Below, piece by piece: positions 38,256-51,069 of a DNA stretch of 51,474 nt. Both the position numbers and the translations under genes were made by a program. Origin of the DNA: Girardia tigrina (taxonomy: Eukaryota); NCBI GenBank assembly GCA_001938485.1, contig MQRK01233198.1:26139-77612 (forward strand), written 5' to 3'. The notes beneath the pieces are model-generated. The model made no database searches and had not been told where the DNA came from. It was given only the letters and a program-made list of their open reading frames with translations. Every line of letters begins with the position of its first letter. Position 1 is the first letter of the stretch.

Positions 38256-39499
38256 AATGCATATAATATGGAAACCCTGTTATCCTTTATATAATTCTTT
38301 TTATACGCTGTTCTTAATGAATTAAAATATCACAATTTATAAAAAATGAGATATTCCTTAATATATTTGGATATTTCTTCAGTTATTTAATGTATTTTTT
38401 AATGTATTTTTACAAACTTAAGAAATGGCAAGCGAATGAAAACTAAATTTCTCAGGAAAGACCATAATTTTCTGTTACTCTAGTCAACTGTTTCTTGGTA
38501 TGTCGAGGTAAAAACCTACAGACATTAATTTTCTGTTCAACATTCTTGTACTGGCCTAATTGTTAAAAGAAAAAACATCATGTGAAACGTATTTTTATAT
38601 GGTACGTTGTTTGGATTTTATGAAAGATAAACTTCAATATCGACTTGCTTTTAGATTTTCTTAATAGTTGTCATTGTAATATGTACTGAGGTAGTATGAT
38701 GCAAATGAAGGGCCAGTTTCTAGTTAATCAATGCGGGGTAACCTGTCTGTAAAACTTTATGAATCCTTTACAGCTGTTCAGGATAACTGTTAGAAATCTA
38801 TTAAATCATTTTGAAATAAGTTCGAAAAGTAGTACTCCCTCAAAAGCCAAACCAAGTGTATAACCTTATATTCTTCTAACCTCTAGGTCTTTTAGTTATC
38901 ATTAATTATCTTTGTAGAAATTGTTTAAATAAATTCATTTTTCCTCTTCAATAACAATCCGTTTTCAGAATTATGCATCCCGAGGCTTGAAAGGATGTTG
39001 TTTTTTATATATTTGTCAATTCATGTAAAATTTCATGCAAAAAAATGTAAAATACTAGTTGCTGGAATCGTCGAACAGTGATGAAATAATTAAAGCCAAT
39101 TTTTACTGATAATTTTTGTATAGTGTTATCTGACTATTTTTTTACTCTTTCCAGCAGCTTTTTACATTGAGGTTTTTCTTTGAAACTTTTATCACAGTAA
39201 TTGACGTACTTTAACCGTTTCAACGATGTAGTACCATTCAAATTAAATGGCACAATCTTGCTCGATTGCAAGTCTTGAGCTGAGTTTTTTGGTTCAATTG
39301 TGATGCAAAAGAACTAATACTACAATTTTTGTGTCCGTTACAAATTGTGATAGTGTGAAACAAATAAGTAAAGGCTGTAATGACTTTTATATTTGCCTTA
39401 AAATGTTAAATTTATTTCTTTAAATTTAAAATGAAATTAAAAAAAGCACATTACTTATACAAATTTGAAACTTGAATCAGAATAAAAAATAAAACTAAA

Positions 39500-39925
39500 C
39501 TTAAAAGGTCATGTTTGTGGACATATTAGTTAACTATTTAAAGACAAAAGGCGAATTGAGAATGTAGTTTGGATGGTTTGAGTACTAGTAAAAGTACTAC
39601 TCAAATCTTGGCGATATTCTTAATGTTGAAATTTGGATTGCAAATGGATTTATTCATATCATTAAAAGTACCATTGTGTCAATAATGGAGAGATTTTAGG
39701 AATTTTGATTCATTAGAACTACTTGACAAACATGTACATTACCTTTTTTGATCAATAAACAAGAAATGTTGAAAAGATAAAATTGCCTAAGAAAAAAGAA
39801 AATAAAAAGATACAAAGAAGAAATCATTAACAAATGTCTGTAAAGAATTTAAGCAAGAATACATTTGAAAACAACAAGTTGTGAGAGAAGTACTTCGAAA
39901 TTTGTGTCACAATCTTCATATGTTT
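39500..39925 (+). mobile_element. Possible MULE transposase C-terminal remnant
   Basis: Fragments resemble the W.V...RTTN..E.WH..LN, FI..IK and L.N...EF...LRNLCHNL patterns of MULE C-termini. Very degraded. Confidence 0.3.
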
Positions 39926-41568
39926 TTGTCATTTACTATAATAAATTTGACAATAATCACTTTTAATTTTATTAATGTTAATAAAGAGTTTTTTGTTACT
40001 CTATTTTTTTTGTTTTTTAAATACATTTGATGTTTTTTTTGTTTTCTATTAAATGTGGAAAGTCATTTTAGTTATTAGTTATGTAGAAGGAGATTTTGAG
40101 ATGTTTTTAGAAAAAGTAGAATCAGATATGATTTTCGTCGATTTTTACGTAACTATCAAATTTTCCAATTTTTTATAAATTATCTCATATATTTTTAGCC
40201 TCGAGACCCATATAACTAGAAAAACCTTCAGTTATTACACATAAAAAATATAATAAGTGTTATTAATCCTTTAAGTTTTCTACTGGGAGATCTTCATTAG
40301 TTGGTTTGTTTATTAAAAGGTACCCAAAGTAATTCTTTGATACCTCTTTTGTATCACAACTAAATATTACCAAATTCGATGAATTTCAATGCTGAATATT
40401 ATTCGGAAGAATTTTCTTTGCGCCTTTTGAGTAGAATAGTTTGGATTTTCATAAAGGGATGAGGTTGTTTCCAGGCAGACACGAGGTAAAGATCTGAACA
40501 TTGTTTGTAAATGAGGGATAATATAGTATTTTCTCATGGACAAAATAAATTGTCAATTATATGTAAATGCTTATTTATGTTCAATTCGGAAAATTAAGCA
40601 CTAATCATATTTAATCCTTTCCAATACGAACAAATCTTTGGATTTAAAAACAATCTTGTTCACAGATTTTCGGGTAAAACATGTATTTAGTGATACTTTT
40701 CTCTTTTCAATTATCCAAGGTATTTTCGAATGCTTTTTTAAAAACTGTTTTAAAACAAAACTAATTTTAATATAAATATTGAATGTGTAAAAACATCATG
40801 CTTCAAAGATACTTAACGAACTCTGTAGACAGACTCCTTACATCAAGACAAGAAAAATGTTCATATAAAAATATGTTAAAAATTCTTCATTTTTGAGTTT
40901 TAAAGCTATAAATAAATTGAAGTTTTCGTTTAACGGGTTAGCTGATACATTATAACAAAACAACAAAAATATATTTATTAATGAAATTTACTAATTGCCA
41001 GTATTCAAGCATGATCAACTCAGAAAGTCATAACAAATGTTCAAAATGTCGTCTTGCTTCCACACATGCGTGCAGTTGTAAAATCGTGGATAGTCACCCC
41101 TTACCAATACTCTCTTGTTGTGTTGAATAATTTCGCAGTTTTCCATGATGCGTCAATGAATAGTTACTGTGTCTGGATTATCTGTAAAAGTCTAATGATT
41201 TATGCGGGAAGACCTTACAGGCCAGAGAACATGTCCTACTACCACCCTAGCCTAAAAGTCATGGGACAGCTGATTTTTTAAAATAACTTTTATTAATAAA
41301 TGAGTATAAAATATGAACCAATTTGTATAAAACAAAAATTTCTAAATAATTTAAACCCAGTTTAATGATAATTTAACAATAAAAACTTGAAATATCGATG
41401 TGAGAAATGTTCTGAATTCTTTGTCGTTTTATATTTTGCATGTTGTATGTTAATTTGGATTGTGCCTCTCCTACCCAGATTGGTGATTGGTAATTTCTTT
41501 GATTCTTACTAATTGAAAATAATTTAATTTAAAAGTATAATTATTTAAAATATTTTTCAAATGTTATA

Positions 41569-41760
41569 CAGTGAAAGCCGCTTGAAGTGGCCACCGCTAA
41601 GGAGTGACCACCTTGATGTACCACTGTATTTGCAGCAACCTTTAATACAAGCTCTGGCGATGACTTTGACTTATAAACAGTTCTTTGGATATAACGGCCA
41701 GCCGGTTATAGTTACCCAATATGGGTGGACGAATGTAACCACTATAAGCGTCTTTCCCTG
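41569..41760. mobile_element. pogo/Tigger-like MITE (192 bp)
   Basis: TIRs CAGTGAAAGCCGCTTGAAGTGG / rc CAGGGAAAGACGCTTATAGTGG. TA on the left, CA on the right. Confidence 0.8.
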
Positions 41761-42258
41761 CATTTAAATTTTTGAATGCATTATTTAATTTTTAATGTAA
41801 TTTAAAATGTTAATATATCAATTGAATTGGTACTTTTTTAAAAAATGTTTAGACTTGATTTTAACCAATTAGAATCTTAATAATTAATTAATATTATAAA
41901 TATTTTCCATTGTTTTCAAAAATAAGGATGAAACTTAAAAATATATTAATCAAGAAAGAGTGTCGAATAGCGACAGAGGTTTGAATAATTGTTGTAATGA
42001 CAATTCGATTTGTCATATTAATAAATATTCGAAAAATCATATTGATGTTGTTAATACTCTAAATAATAAAAATTTATTATAATCTGAAAATAATTTGTGT
42101 AGGTTCAAATGTTACCAAACAGATTAAACAAAACCTTTTCAAAATGATAATAATTCTTTGAAAATCATAAAGAAATTTATTTATATTAACGAACAGTAAT
42201 AATAAAGAATGTTTAAGCAACACATTTACCATGCTTTATAGTGATTGGAAATACTAAA

Positions 42259-43060
42259 ATGGCTGGAAGAAAAGTATTACAAACCATTTTCAATCTACAT
42301 GAAAAAAACTTTTCAATAAGAAAAGTCATTGAGATGCTTCAAATTCATAAATGTACGGTCTATGATAACACAAGAAAGATAAAATCAAAAAATATCGAAA
42401 GAACAAGGATACCAAAAATTATGGACTGCCGAGATGACAGGCAGTTAGTCAAAATAATCAAGGAAAACAGGTTTAAATCTTCAGAAGAAATTTAAAATAT
42501 TTGGATTTCAGAAATAAAGAAGAATGTGTCTAATAGTACATGTTAAAGACGAATCAACAAAACTGGTTATAAATATTTTAAAGTTGGGTTAAATTTTATT
42601 TATCATTTATTTTAATCTATTATTTTTGTCTAGGCTAAACTAAAATCATTTTTAAAATCATTTAAAATCAAATCAACAATAAAACATAATATATCGAGTC
42701 TAAAATTGAGAAAATGCATTAAAAAATGGTCCTCGATACAATGGATGAAGGTTATATTTAGTTATGAATCGAGATTTGAAATAAAACTATCAGATAGCGA
42801 TACTCATATACGGTAGAATTCTGAAGAATCATTCAATTCAGACTAACTGAAGTGAAAGATTAAATTTCCAGAATCAGTTATTGTTTTGGGCTTCACGACC
42901 GCCAAAGGTGTGTGAAATAAACATATCTTTGATTATTTTGTAAACCCAGTCAATTATCAAGAAATTTTGAGGAAAAATCTGTTACTCGTTATGTAATCAT
43001 TTATGACTCAACATTATTTATATATAAATATATTTTTAGACAACATATTTCAAGGGCACA
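42259..43060 (+). pseudogene. Decayed Tc1-like transposase with an apparent 51-nt intron (42583-42633)
   Basis: HTH region (SIRKVIEMLQIHKCTVY; RDDRQLVKIIKENRFKSSEEI), GYKYFK^AKLKSFL, WMKVIFSYESRF (W..V.FSDESRF motif), KFPESVIVLG. Confidence 0.85.
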
Positions 43061-43719
43061 ACCGTCCATTAAAATGAAATGAAAAATTGCATCTTCTAAA
43101 TTTTTTTTATTGACAGAAGATAAATTAATTATTCCATTTAAATATTTACAAAGTCGCTGATACCGGTTTATTCATTTCTTTGTCAACTTATGTGAACTTC
43201 ACTTAAGGAAAGTAAGTCACATCTTAACAATCTCATCGTAATTTAAATAATAATACTAACATGATCTGAACTTTCAAAGTGAAATTTTTACTGTTTTCCG
43301 TATTATAGCACGTTCTAAAATTTATCTCATCATTTACATATTTGTATATATGCGATGTGTAAGAACAAAGTGCGAAAAATATTACTAACTTTCAATTTCA
43401 CTGAGTTATAACCGGTGGTAGGTGATGCCCCGGTCCGATGATGCACGGCAAAACTTACATTTTAGATCCTATTCGGCTGACCTTAGTAGGATCTGATGTG
43501 TTTGTATTCAAGTATTCGAACCTCTTAGTATTTGAAGATACGCTTGAAACGGTGAAGGAGCACTTGGCCCTGTGGAGGAAGGTTTCACAGAGAAAAGTTT
43601 CACTAGCCTCTTACAGGGGCGACGAGACAACACTAAAATCCGGATTCACTAACTTTCAAATCCTCTATCTTCAAAATCATATTTTTGATAGAAAAAATAC
43701 CGACTGTTTTGAAAAAAGA

Positions 43720-43892
43720 GAACCAATTTTTCTGAAAACATTCTAGTTCTCATTGAAGTTTTTAATAATGTTAGAAACTGTTTTCTGACAAGCCTTCGCC
43801 TTTCTGGCAATTGTTTTCTGATTTGATTGTGGATTTTCTTGAAATAAACGAATAATTAATTCGCGATTTCCTGTTTCTGACGACATATTCAT
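43720..43892 (-). mobile_element. N-terminal fragment of a Tc1/mariner-superfamily (DD37E-like) transposase
   Basis: MSSETGNRELIIRLFQENPQSNQKTIARKAKACQKTVSNIIKNFNEN*NVFRKIGS: an HTH followed by an RK.GSG-like hook. Confidence 0.65.
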
Positions 43893-43999
43893 GAAAAATG
43901 AAATTTAAAATAAATACTAAAATGAATTTTATTTTGATTTATTCAAACAACAGCCTAGTGATTAGTTTTTTTTAATTTGTGAATTTATGTTGGAGTTAT

Positions 44000-44156
44000 A
44001 GAGATTTAAAGTTAGTGGGCCTCCCATCTCTTTGGAATGGTATTGAGTTACTAGGCTCTTTAGAGGGTCCACCCAAACTAAAGAGTGCGAGTTGCTCGCC
44101 AATAGGACTCCTACGGGAAAAAAAAGAAAAGATAAGAAAAAAGAAAAAAAAGAAAA
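44000..44156 (+). mobile_element. Structured 3' end of a retroposon (SINE/LINE tail) with an A-rich tail
   Basis: About 115 GC-rich nt with hairpins CTCTTTAG/CTAAAGAG and GCGAG/CTCGC, then an A-rich tail at 44118-44156. Confidence 0.55.
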
Positions 44157-44610
44157 GATCCAGCAATTCTCTCATTTTCGTTCCTGGATGAGTTCAGCTC
44201 GTTCTCTGGTTGATTTGTTTCCTGAAGAATGTATTCTCCATTCGCAAACCACAGGATTTTGCCATGTCAACAAGCAGATCTCCGTTCTCTGAAGTGCGGA
44301 TCCCGCTTGCGCATGGACCCCCTACAGAGCTGTTTTCGACGCATCGCTTGAGCCGGTAGTTGAAGTCGCTTCCAACTAACAGTTTCATTTTATTATCCTT
44401 AGCGAATTTTTGTTCTTTTGTAATCACTTCCTGCAATACTGTGTAGAATTCCTCTTTCTCCTCCTGTGTATGCCCACAGTCCGTCGGGGCATACACTCCG
44501 ATAAGTGTAATAGATTTCTGTATGTACCTGCAAGCAAAAATTCGATCATTAACAGGTATGAAAGTTATTTTCGTCAGATCATCTTCTTTTATCATCAGCC
44601 TACTCCTCTT
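44157..44610 (-). mobile_element. Non-LTR retrotransposon APE endonuclease fragment
   Basis: PVNDRI...ITLIGVYAPT...EKEEFY..LQ...LLVGSDFN...ENGDLL...NTFF...*THPGTK...LLD. Confidence 0.9.
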
Positions 44611-45088
44611 TATATTAATATTGTTAGTAATATTTTTCGCACTTAGTCCTTATTCGGATACTGTAAAGATTATAATCACAATCTGTTCTGAAGTTTCTAT
44701 TTCAGATTTAATGGTTACATCTCGATCTGATCTTTAAATCCTTTCCTTACAAAATGATCAAAATTATTATTTTTACAATTTATTTTGCTTATCTTTAAAA
44801 AGCCATTTTAAATATTTCAAAACAGTTTTAATACTTTTCTAAATCAATGATTATCAGTTTTGAAATTTGTATGCAATCTTCCCTTATATTTTAATTTGGG
44901 TTCTTGTAGTACAAAATTTAATTTACAACTTCAAACGTACAAACATTTGGTTTTCTGATGGCTTTCTTTCTAACTGTCCAAAACATTCTGGTTTTGCAAA
45001 TATATTCCATTTATTTTAAATCTGAAAATGAGATTAATTCTTTATGCTATTAGCTATGTACAAATGATTAATTATAGTAAAAAAAATA

Positions 45089-45230
45089 CAGTTGAACCTG
45101 TCTAATCCATCCCTCTTTAATCCGACAGGCTTGAAAATCCCCATTTTTCAATCATGGTATTTGTTCTGACTCTCTCTATTCCGGTATATTTTAAAATCAC
45201 CGTCCATGCCGGTATAACCAGGTTCTACTG
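45089..45230. mobile_element. pogo/Tigger-like MITE (142 bp)
   Basis: TIRs CAGTTGAACCTG / rc CAGTAGAACCTG with TA on both sides. Confidence 0.8.
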
Positions 45231-45779
45231 TATAAATTATTATGTACTATATTCATATAACTTTTGTGTACATATTATCAAATATAACAAATCTAGAAAC
45301 TAACAGTACAACTAATAGATAATAAATTAGATACTAACAATCCAGGATGAAATGAATTCAAACAGGATAAATGTAAATATATCAGAGTTTCTTGAATCAA
45401 GTGGAGTTTGTTAAACCTTCGAGACGTTTGATTTGGCTGCAAGGTTTAGTTTTCCGAAAGATGGAGACTTTATTCTTCAAATATTAAACTTCTGTATTAC
45501 ATCCACCAGCGATAATTTGATTTATAAAATTTTGTATTGATTTCTTTTATCTCCAAGATATTATTCTTTATATATTATTATTGTTTATTATTATTTGTTT
45601 AATAAATAAATTCGTATGTGTAATAAAATTTATGCTAGAAACGAGTAGCATCTTCTGAAAGAGCGCTTTATGTTCTTCGATTCTTTCCTCATAATGTTAT
45701 AACTTCATATGAGATTTTTCTGTTAGTCTTTTGATGTTTCCGGAAGATGATGGAACATTGTTGATTTTCGGTGCTTGAT

Positions 45780-47360
45780 TGACTATCTGTGTCAGGTTAT
45801 GCAAGCATGCCTACCACAGATATCATGAAAACCTGTACTACCTGTCACATAGTCGGAAGGCTGGAGACTAAACCGGCTCCCTCAACCAGAGCAAACTAGG
45901 TGAAGACGGTGTGTAGACACCCAACAAGATTAAAAACAAAACCTGGAAAAGGGCGGATGAGCTAATCCGAGCCAACGGCCATCCATACCTGGAGAGGAGA
46001 TAGGCGCCACTAGGTTACCTGCCTATTGATACACCAAAAACATATGCAAAACGAAGCCACAAATCACTTTATACCGGATAGGTCAGGACCCGGGTCAACA
46101 ACGACCGCGTTGCCTTTTGATACCGACAGGGGGGTAACGAAAAGTTTGCTACTGGCGTCAAAATGACATTGAGAACTTCTTTTGCTCTAGGCACTTGGAA
46201 TGTGAGATCCTTGTCTCAAAGTGGAAAAATAGAACTATTGGCTAGAGATCTGGATATCATTAGATGAAATGTGGTTGGCATATCAGAAATGAGATGGACT
46301 GGCACGGGAGAATACACGACAGAAGATAGACACAAGGTGTAGTACTGCGGTCATGAAAATAAGAAACAACACGGCATGGGATAGTGGACAAACGTACTGT
46401 AATCAATGTGATGGAATGCACACCTGTATCTGAAAGAATTATTTCAATCAGAATTTCCAGTAAACCATTCAACACTATTATCATCTAAGTCTGCGCACCA
46501 ACAACTGACTATGATGAGGAATTCGTTGAAGAATTCTATGAAAATCTAGAGACGCTCATTGACAAGACTCCAAAGAAAGACCTTATCATTGCTATAGGTG
46601 ATTGGAATGCGCAGATTGGAGAAGGCATCAGACGGAAAATTCGGACAACTGAGAGGGGCATGACACTCTATGACTTTGCAGAGAGACAGAAGATGGTTGT
46701 TGTGAATAACTTACATAGACACAAGGCGTCAAGAAGTACAACATTGTATGTTCCTGATGGCGTGACTAAGAAACAACTAGACTACATTTTGGTACCTAAG
46801 AAATTCAAATCTAGCGTCAACAAAATCAAAACTAGAACTCTCAAGATACTTGATATAGGAAGCGATCATGATCTTGTCATGACAACTTTCAAAGCTCTCC
46901 ACAAAAACCAGAACAAAACATCAAAGAGCACTTTTCGACCATGAGAAACTGAAGGATATTAGAATTAGAAACAAATTTCAGAGTGAACTGTCATCGAGAT
47001 TTTCTTCCTTGTTGCTACTAGAAGACCAGTAAAGATAACTGCAACGAACTATACAACTTCAAAGTAGATATCGACAGGAGTGTTAACTCTGAAGATGTGG
47101 AAACAAAGGGAGATGATGAAGATCACGAATGCGAAATTTTAAGATCAGAATTAGAGGCTGTCACGAAAGGTTTGAAGAAGAAGAAAAGCCCAGGAATGGA
47201 TAACATCAGCGCGGAACTAATTCAGAATGGAGGCGAAAATACAGTGACCATTCTCCATGCAATATGCAACAAAATTTTAAATAGTGGAGTTTGGCCATCA
47301 CAATGAACTGAATCTATCCTCATTCCTATACCGAAGAAAGCAAATAGTAAAAAGTGCAGC
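45780..47360 (+). mobile_element. RTE-like LINE: 5' UTR, APE and start of RT; internally deleted and 3'-truncated
   Basis: From ATG 46163: LGTWNVRSL, VGISEMRWTG, APT, GDWNA, LDYILV, GSDHDLV, then KSPGMDNISAELI...WPSQ*TESILIPIPKK. No ORF1 is evident upstream. Confidence 0.9.
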
Positions 47361-47556
47361 GGCAAGTGTTAAAAAAGAATAATTTTAACATGAAGAAATC
47401 ATCAGCCAATTTGTTCGGATATTTAAAATACGACAAAAACATTAAGATATGCTTTTTAATCTTTTAAATTCTTAAGAAAATTTTTATTACTCATTTCAGA
47501 AGAATCTGTAAATAACTGAGACACATTCAAACCAACTTTTTCCTTATTTTTAATAT

Positions 47557-47830
47557 AGACGTGGTACATTCAATGTGCTCCAGCTTTGACAAGGAAAACG
47601 AATTTCCAAAAGGTCCATGTTTATAACACAACAAGCTTAACGAATAAAGGCGCCATTTTTCTACATAATGTATATTTCCCTCCATATACATTCATCAACA
47701 AGTGATAAACTCAGAAAACGCTTTTTAAAAAATTCTGGATGGCATGCAATGAAGAAATCCTCTACAACAACCTGCTAATCATCTTTTGATCCAAACTGGA
47801 TTCCTCTCAAATGCTTCTTTAGATGTATGA
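47557..47830 (-). mobile_element. Mariner 3'-end remnant
   Basis: HLRGIQFGSKDD*QVVVEDFF...EFFKKRF matches mariner C-termini. A TIR-like ACGTGGTACATTCAAT lies near 47559. Confidence 0.6.
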
Positions 47831-49540
47831 ATTTTTATTAAATATTAAATTGGTATTTTTGGCTGAAACCCAATAAATTTTTATAACTTAAGAGGTAGAA
47901 AAAAGATTAAGTGAAATTGGAAAAAAAAACTACAGCAAAAAAATATAGAATATAAGTCATTTTTCCTTTTTTTGTCTGCTTGAGGAATGTCAAATAAATT
48001 GATCTTCTTCACTTATTTTACATAAGTATTAATGTACAATTTATGTGAGAGGAATATTATTTATGAAGGTACATCACATAAAGCATAATCGTTAATGTCG
48101 TTTGTTTATATAATATCTATGATTCAATTGTTATTTCTGAGAACTTAAAAAATATATAAAATTTATTTTTGTAATTTTAACACAACGATTCTTAAATCAT
48201 TGGCACTGATACATCGTTTTGGTATACACTTTCCATACGGTCCATACTGCAAGATAATGGATTCTGTGAAAAAGTTTGAAAATTAGTGATTTGAACCATG
48301 TTGGGAACGTTCATAAAATAAAATTTTTGAATGTTATGAAATTATTAGATAAACAATTACATTCCATAAAATATTGTTATAAATATGTTAAAATAGATTT
48401 TCAGAAATTTAATATNNNNNNNNNNNNNNNNNNNNNNNNNNNNNNNNNNNNNNNNNNNNNNNNNNTATTAAAAGATTTATGTAAAGATTTATTATAAAAA
48501 AAGTAATTTCAAATTGGATGAAAATATTTATTTGAAATAAAATAAAAGTAATTTAAGTTTGATATTTTTATTTTCGAAATAAAATAAACTAATTTTTGCA
48601 ACTTTTAAATCAAAGTAAATTAAAAATGTGGTTATAATTTTTGGAAAATGTAATTATAATTTTTTATTGTAAATTAAAAATTGGAATTAAAAGTAATTGA
48701 AAACCCTTAAATTGACTTAAANNNNNNNNNNNNNNNNNNNNNNNNNNNNNNNNNNNNNNNNNNNNNNNNNNNNNNNNNNNNNNNNNNNNNNNNNNNNNNN
48801 NNNNNNNNNNNNNNNNNNNNNNNNNNNNNNNNNNNNNNNNNNNNNNNNNNNNNNNNNNNNNNNNNNNNNNNNNNNNNNNNNNNNNNNNNNNNNNNNNNNN
48901 NNNNNNNNNNNNNNNNNNNNNNNNNNNNNNNNNNNTGTGTAAAAAAAGAAAATACAAAAGTTCCTCAAAAAATATTTGTTTAAAAAATTCTAATTGTTAT
49001 AGAAATAAAGTTTGGTGTTCGTTATAATGTCTTGTGAGCAAGAATCCAATAAACCATATTAAACTGATGTAGTTTCATCATGTAAATAATAATGTAGTAT
49101 TTATAGATAAAATATGCCAATATTTATCATGTAAGTGTTATAAATATGACCCTCGGTCCAAGACGATTCCAGCATTTTTATTCCTACATCAATAGACTTA
49201 AAACAAAAATGAAGATAACATCAAGATTTTGACCAAAAGAAGCCAAGTAAAATGATAAAGAAAAATTATAGTTTAACAATAGAATATTTGTCTCCATATG
49301 TCAAATAAATCTTTTCAATGGTCCATAGACATTTAAAAACACAGGATAAATTTTTAAAATGGATCATTGGATTATGTGTTCATTGAAGAATAAACTTTAA
49401 CATTCAAGTGATAATTTGTATTTCTAATGTTTGGAAAATGAATTATTTCAAGGAAATGATCACTGTTGGGTTCGTGATCAACGATATAGTTCATGATACA
49501 AATATTTATTAATATAACTTTATAATGGTACTTTATCCAG

Positions 49541-50886
49541 GTACGAATCCTGACTTTCTTCAAGAACCCAATCAATTGGCTCACACAAGTCGAAGCAACA
49601 TTCGAGCTGGCGAACGTATCTAGTCAGCGTACTCAGTACTTCCCCGTCCTCACCAGCCTTCCACCAGACGTCCTGGAATCAATTTCTACAACTTTGGATC
49701 CGAACTTCCCGAAACCCAACGATAAACTCAAACAAGCCATCATCAAAGAATATTCGATATCTACCCAACAATCATTCAAACACATCACTCAACTAAAATC
49801 GGAACGCCACTTACGACCTTCTCGACTGCTTGATGAATTACGGAGATGCCATCGAATAATTGGACCTTCGGCATCACTGGAGGATTGCGAAATGCTAATA
49901 CAACAGTTTTTAGACTTGCTCAGGACCATTATCAGAAGACACTTTATAGATCACGATCAGTGCAGCCTCGAAGTTCTTAGTAGCAAGGCTGATCAACAAT
50001 TTCTGCTGGAAGAAGACTCAGTAATCTCAATAGAACCCGATCCTCAACAACTTGTCAAAGAAATACAAGAATTAAGAGACGAACTCAACCGGATCAGATT
50101 TAATCCAACTACCAATTCCACGAACCGACGAAAAATATGCTTCTACCACGATAAATTCGGAAATCAAGCGCGGAAATGCCAACAATCATGCGAATGGAAA
50201 AACGAAAAGCCGATGGGAAACGAATCGGAGAAGCAGTAATGTCGGAGGCCGCTTCTCAGAAATACTACCGACACAGAAAACGTCTATCTAAAAGAGAAGA
50301 CAAATCAATCCAATCAGAGACAAATGCGATATTTTCCGTTCCAGCATCAACAATAGATGGTAACCTTGATTTTCTTATTGATTCAGGAGCAGATATCAGT
50401 CTCCTCCTGAAAAAGTGCTTTCAGCCGGATGACACTTCACGTCAACGCGAACTGATTTCTGCTCAGAACAACCAAATAAAAGTTTACGGAGAAAAACATT
50501 TACACTTCTCTATACCATGTCTGAAACAAGATTTTTCGTGAACATTTGTAGTCGCAGACGTCAGAAGACCAATTCTGGGATCAGATGTTCTCTCCAAACA
50601 CAACCTACTCATCGATTGTGCGAACAAAAGGCTCTTCAAACAAATTAAACAAATCCATCAAGTATCTTCATTGCCTGAATTAATTATAGAAACAAAAGGC
50701 CTCCCAGTTACGCACAAAGCCCACAGACTCGGAAGAATCACTCTAAACGATATCCTCAAAGAATTCCAAGATCTGTTACGAGAGGGAATTGTACGAGAGA
50801 GCCACAGTGACCGGTCCTCTCCTTTGGTAATAGTAAAGAAAAAAGACGGCACACTCCGTCCTTGTGGAGACTACAGAGCTCTCAAT
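49541..50886 (+). mobile_element. Ty3/gypsy (CsRn1-like) gag-pol fragment; LTRs not seen
   Basis: Gag NPINWLTQVEATF...LP...DKLKQAII and a CHCC knuckle C-x2-H-x9-C-x3-C. The -1 frame carries protease FLIDSGADISLL and PILGSD, then the RT start SSPLVIVKKKDGTLRPCGDYRALN. Confidence 0.93.
50215..50257 (+). other. Putative -1 programmed ribosomal frameshift signal
   Basis: G GGA AAC in the gag frame (50215-50221), a 6-nt spacer, then the stem GAGAAGC (50228-50234) / GCTTCTC (50251-50257). Pol is in the -1 frame. Confidence 0.75.
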
Positions 50887-51069
50887 TGTTATTATTATAA
50901 AATTGGGACATTAAAAACGGTTCATTATTTTTGCACTATACTTCAAGGCACTCAACTTAATAATAAATGACATTTATTATTATAAAATACACTTATTTTA
51001 TAAGTTCACCATTNNNNNNNNNNNNNNNNNNNNNNNNNNNNNNNNNNNNNNNNNNNNNNNNNNNNNNAA

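Noticed and set aside
36700-39350. Further decayed coding-like stretches flanking the Penelope fragment (also 8050-8800, 13000-13260, 40340-41280, 45350-45760)
   Set aside because: Probably old TE debris, but no family motif could be supported.
43420-43625. RNase MRP RNA (GCCCCGG ... ACAGGGGC resembles the P4 helix) or a hammerhead/HDV ribozyme
   Set aside because: No GARAR hairpin just after the 5' P4 strand and no P1 pairing. The ribozyme cores (CUGANGA/GAAA; GG after P1') are not satisfied.
50912-50943. TIR-like TTCATTATTTTTGCACTATACT as the end of the adjacent Tc1
   Set aside because: The orientation does not fit the minus-strand Tc1 and the terminal bases are missing; left unassigned.
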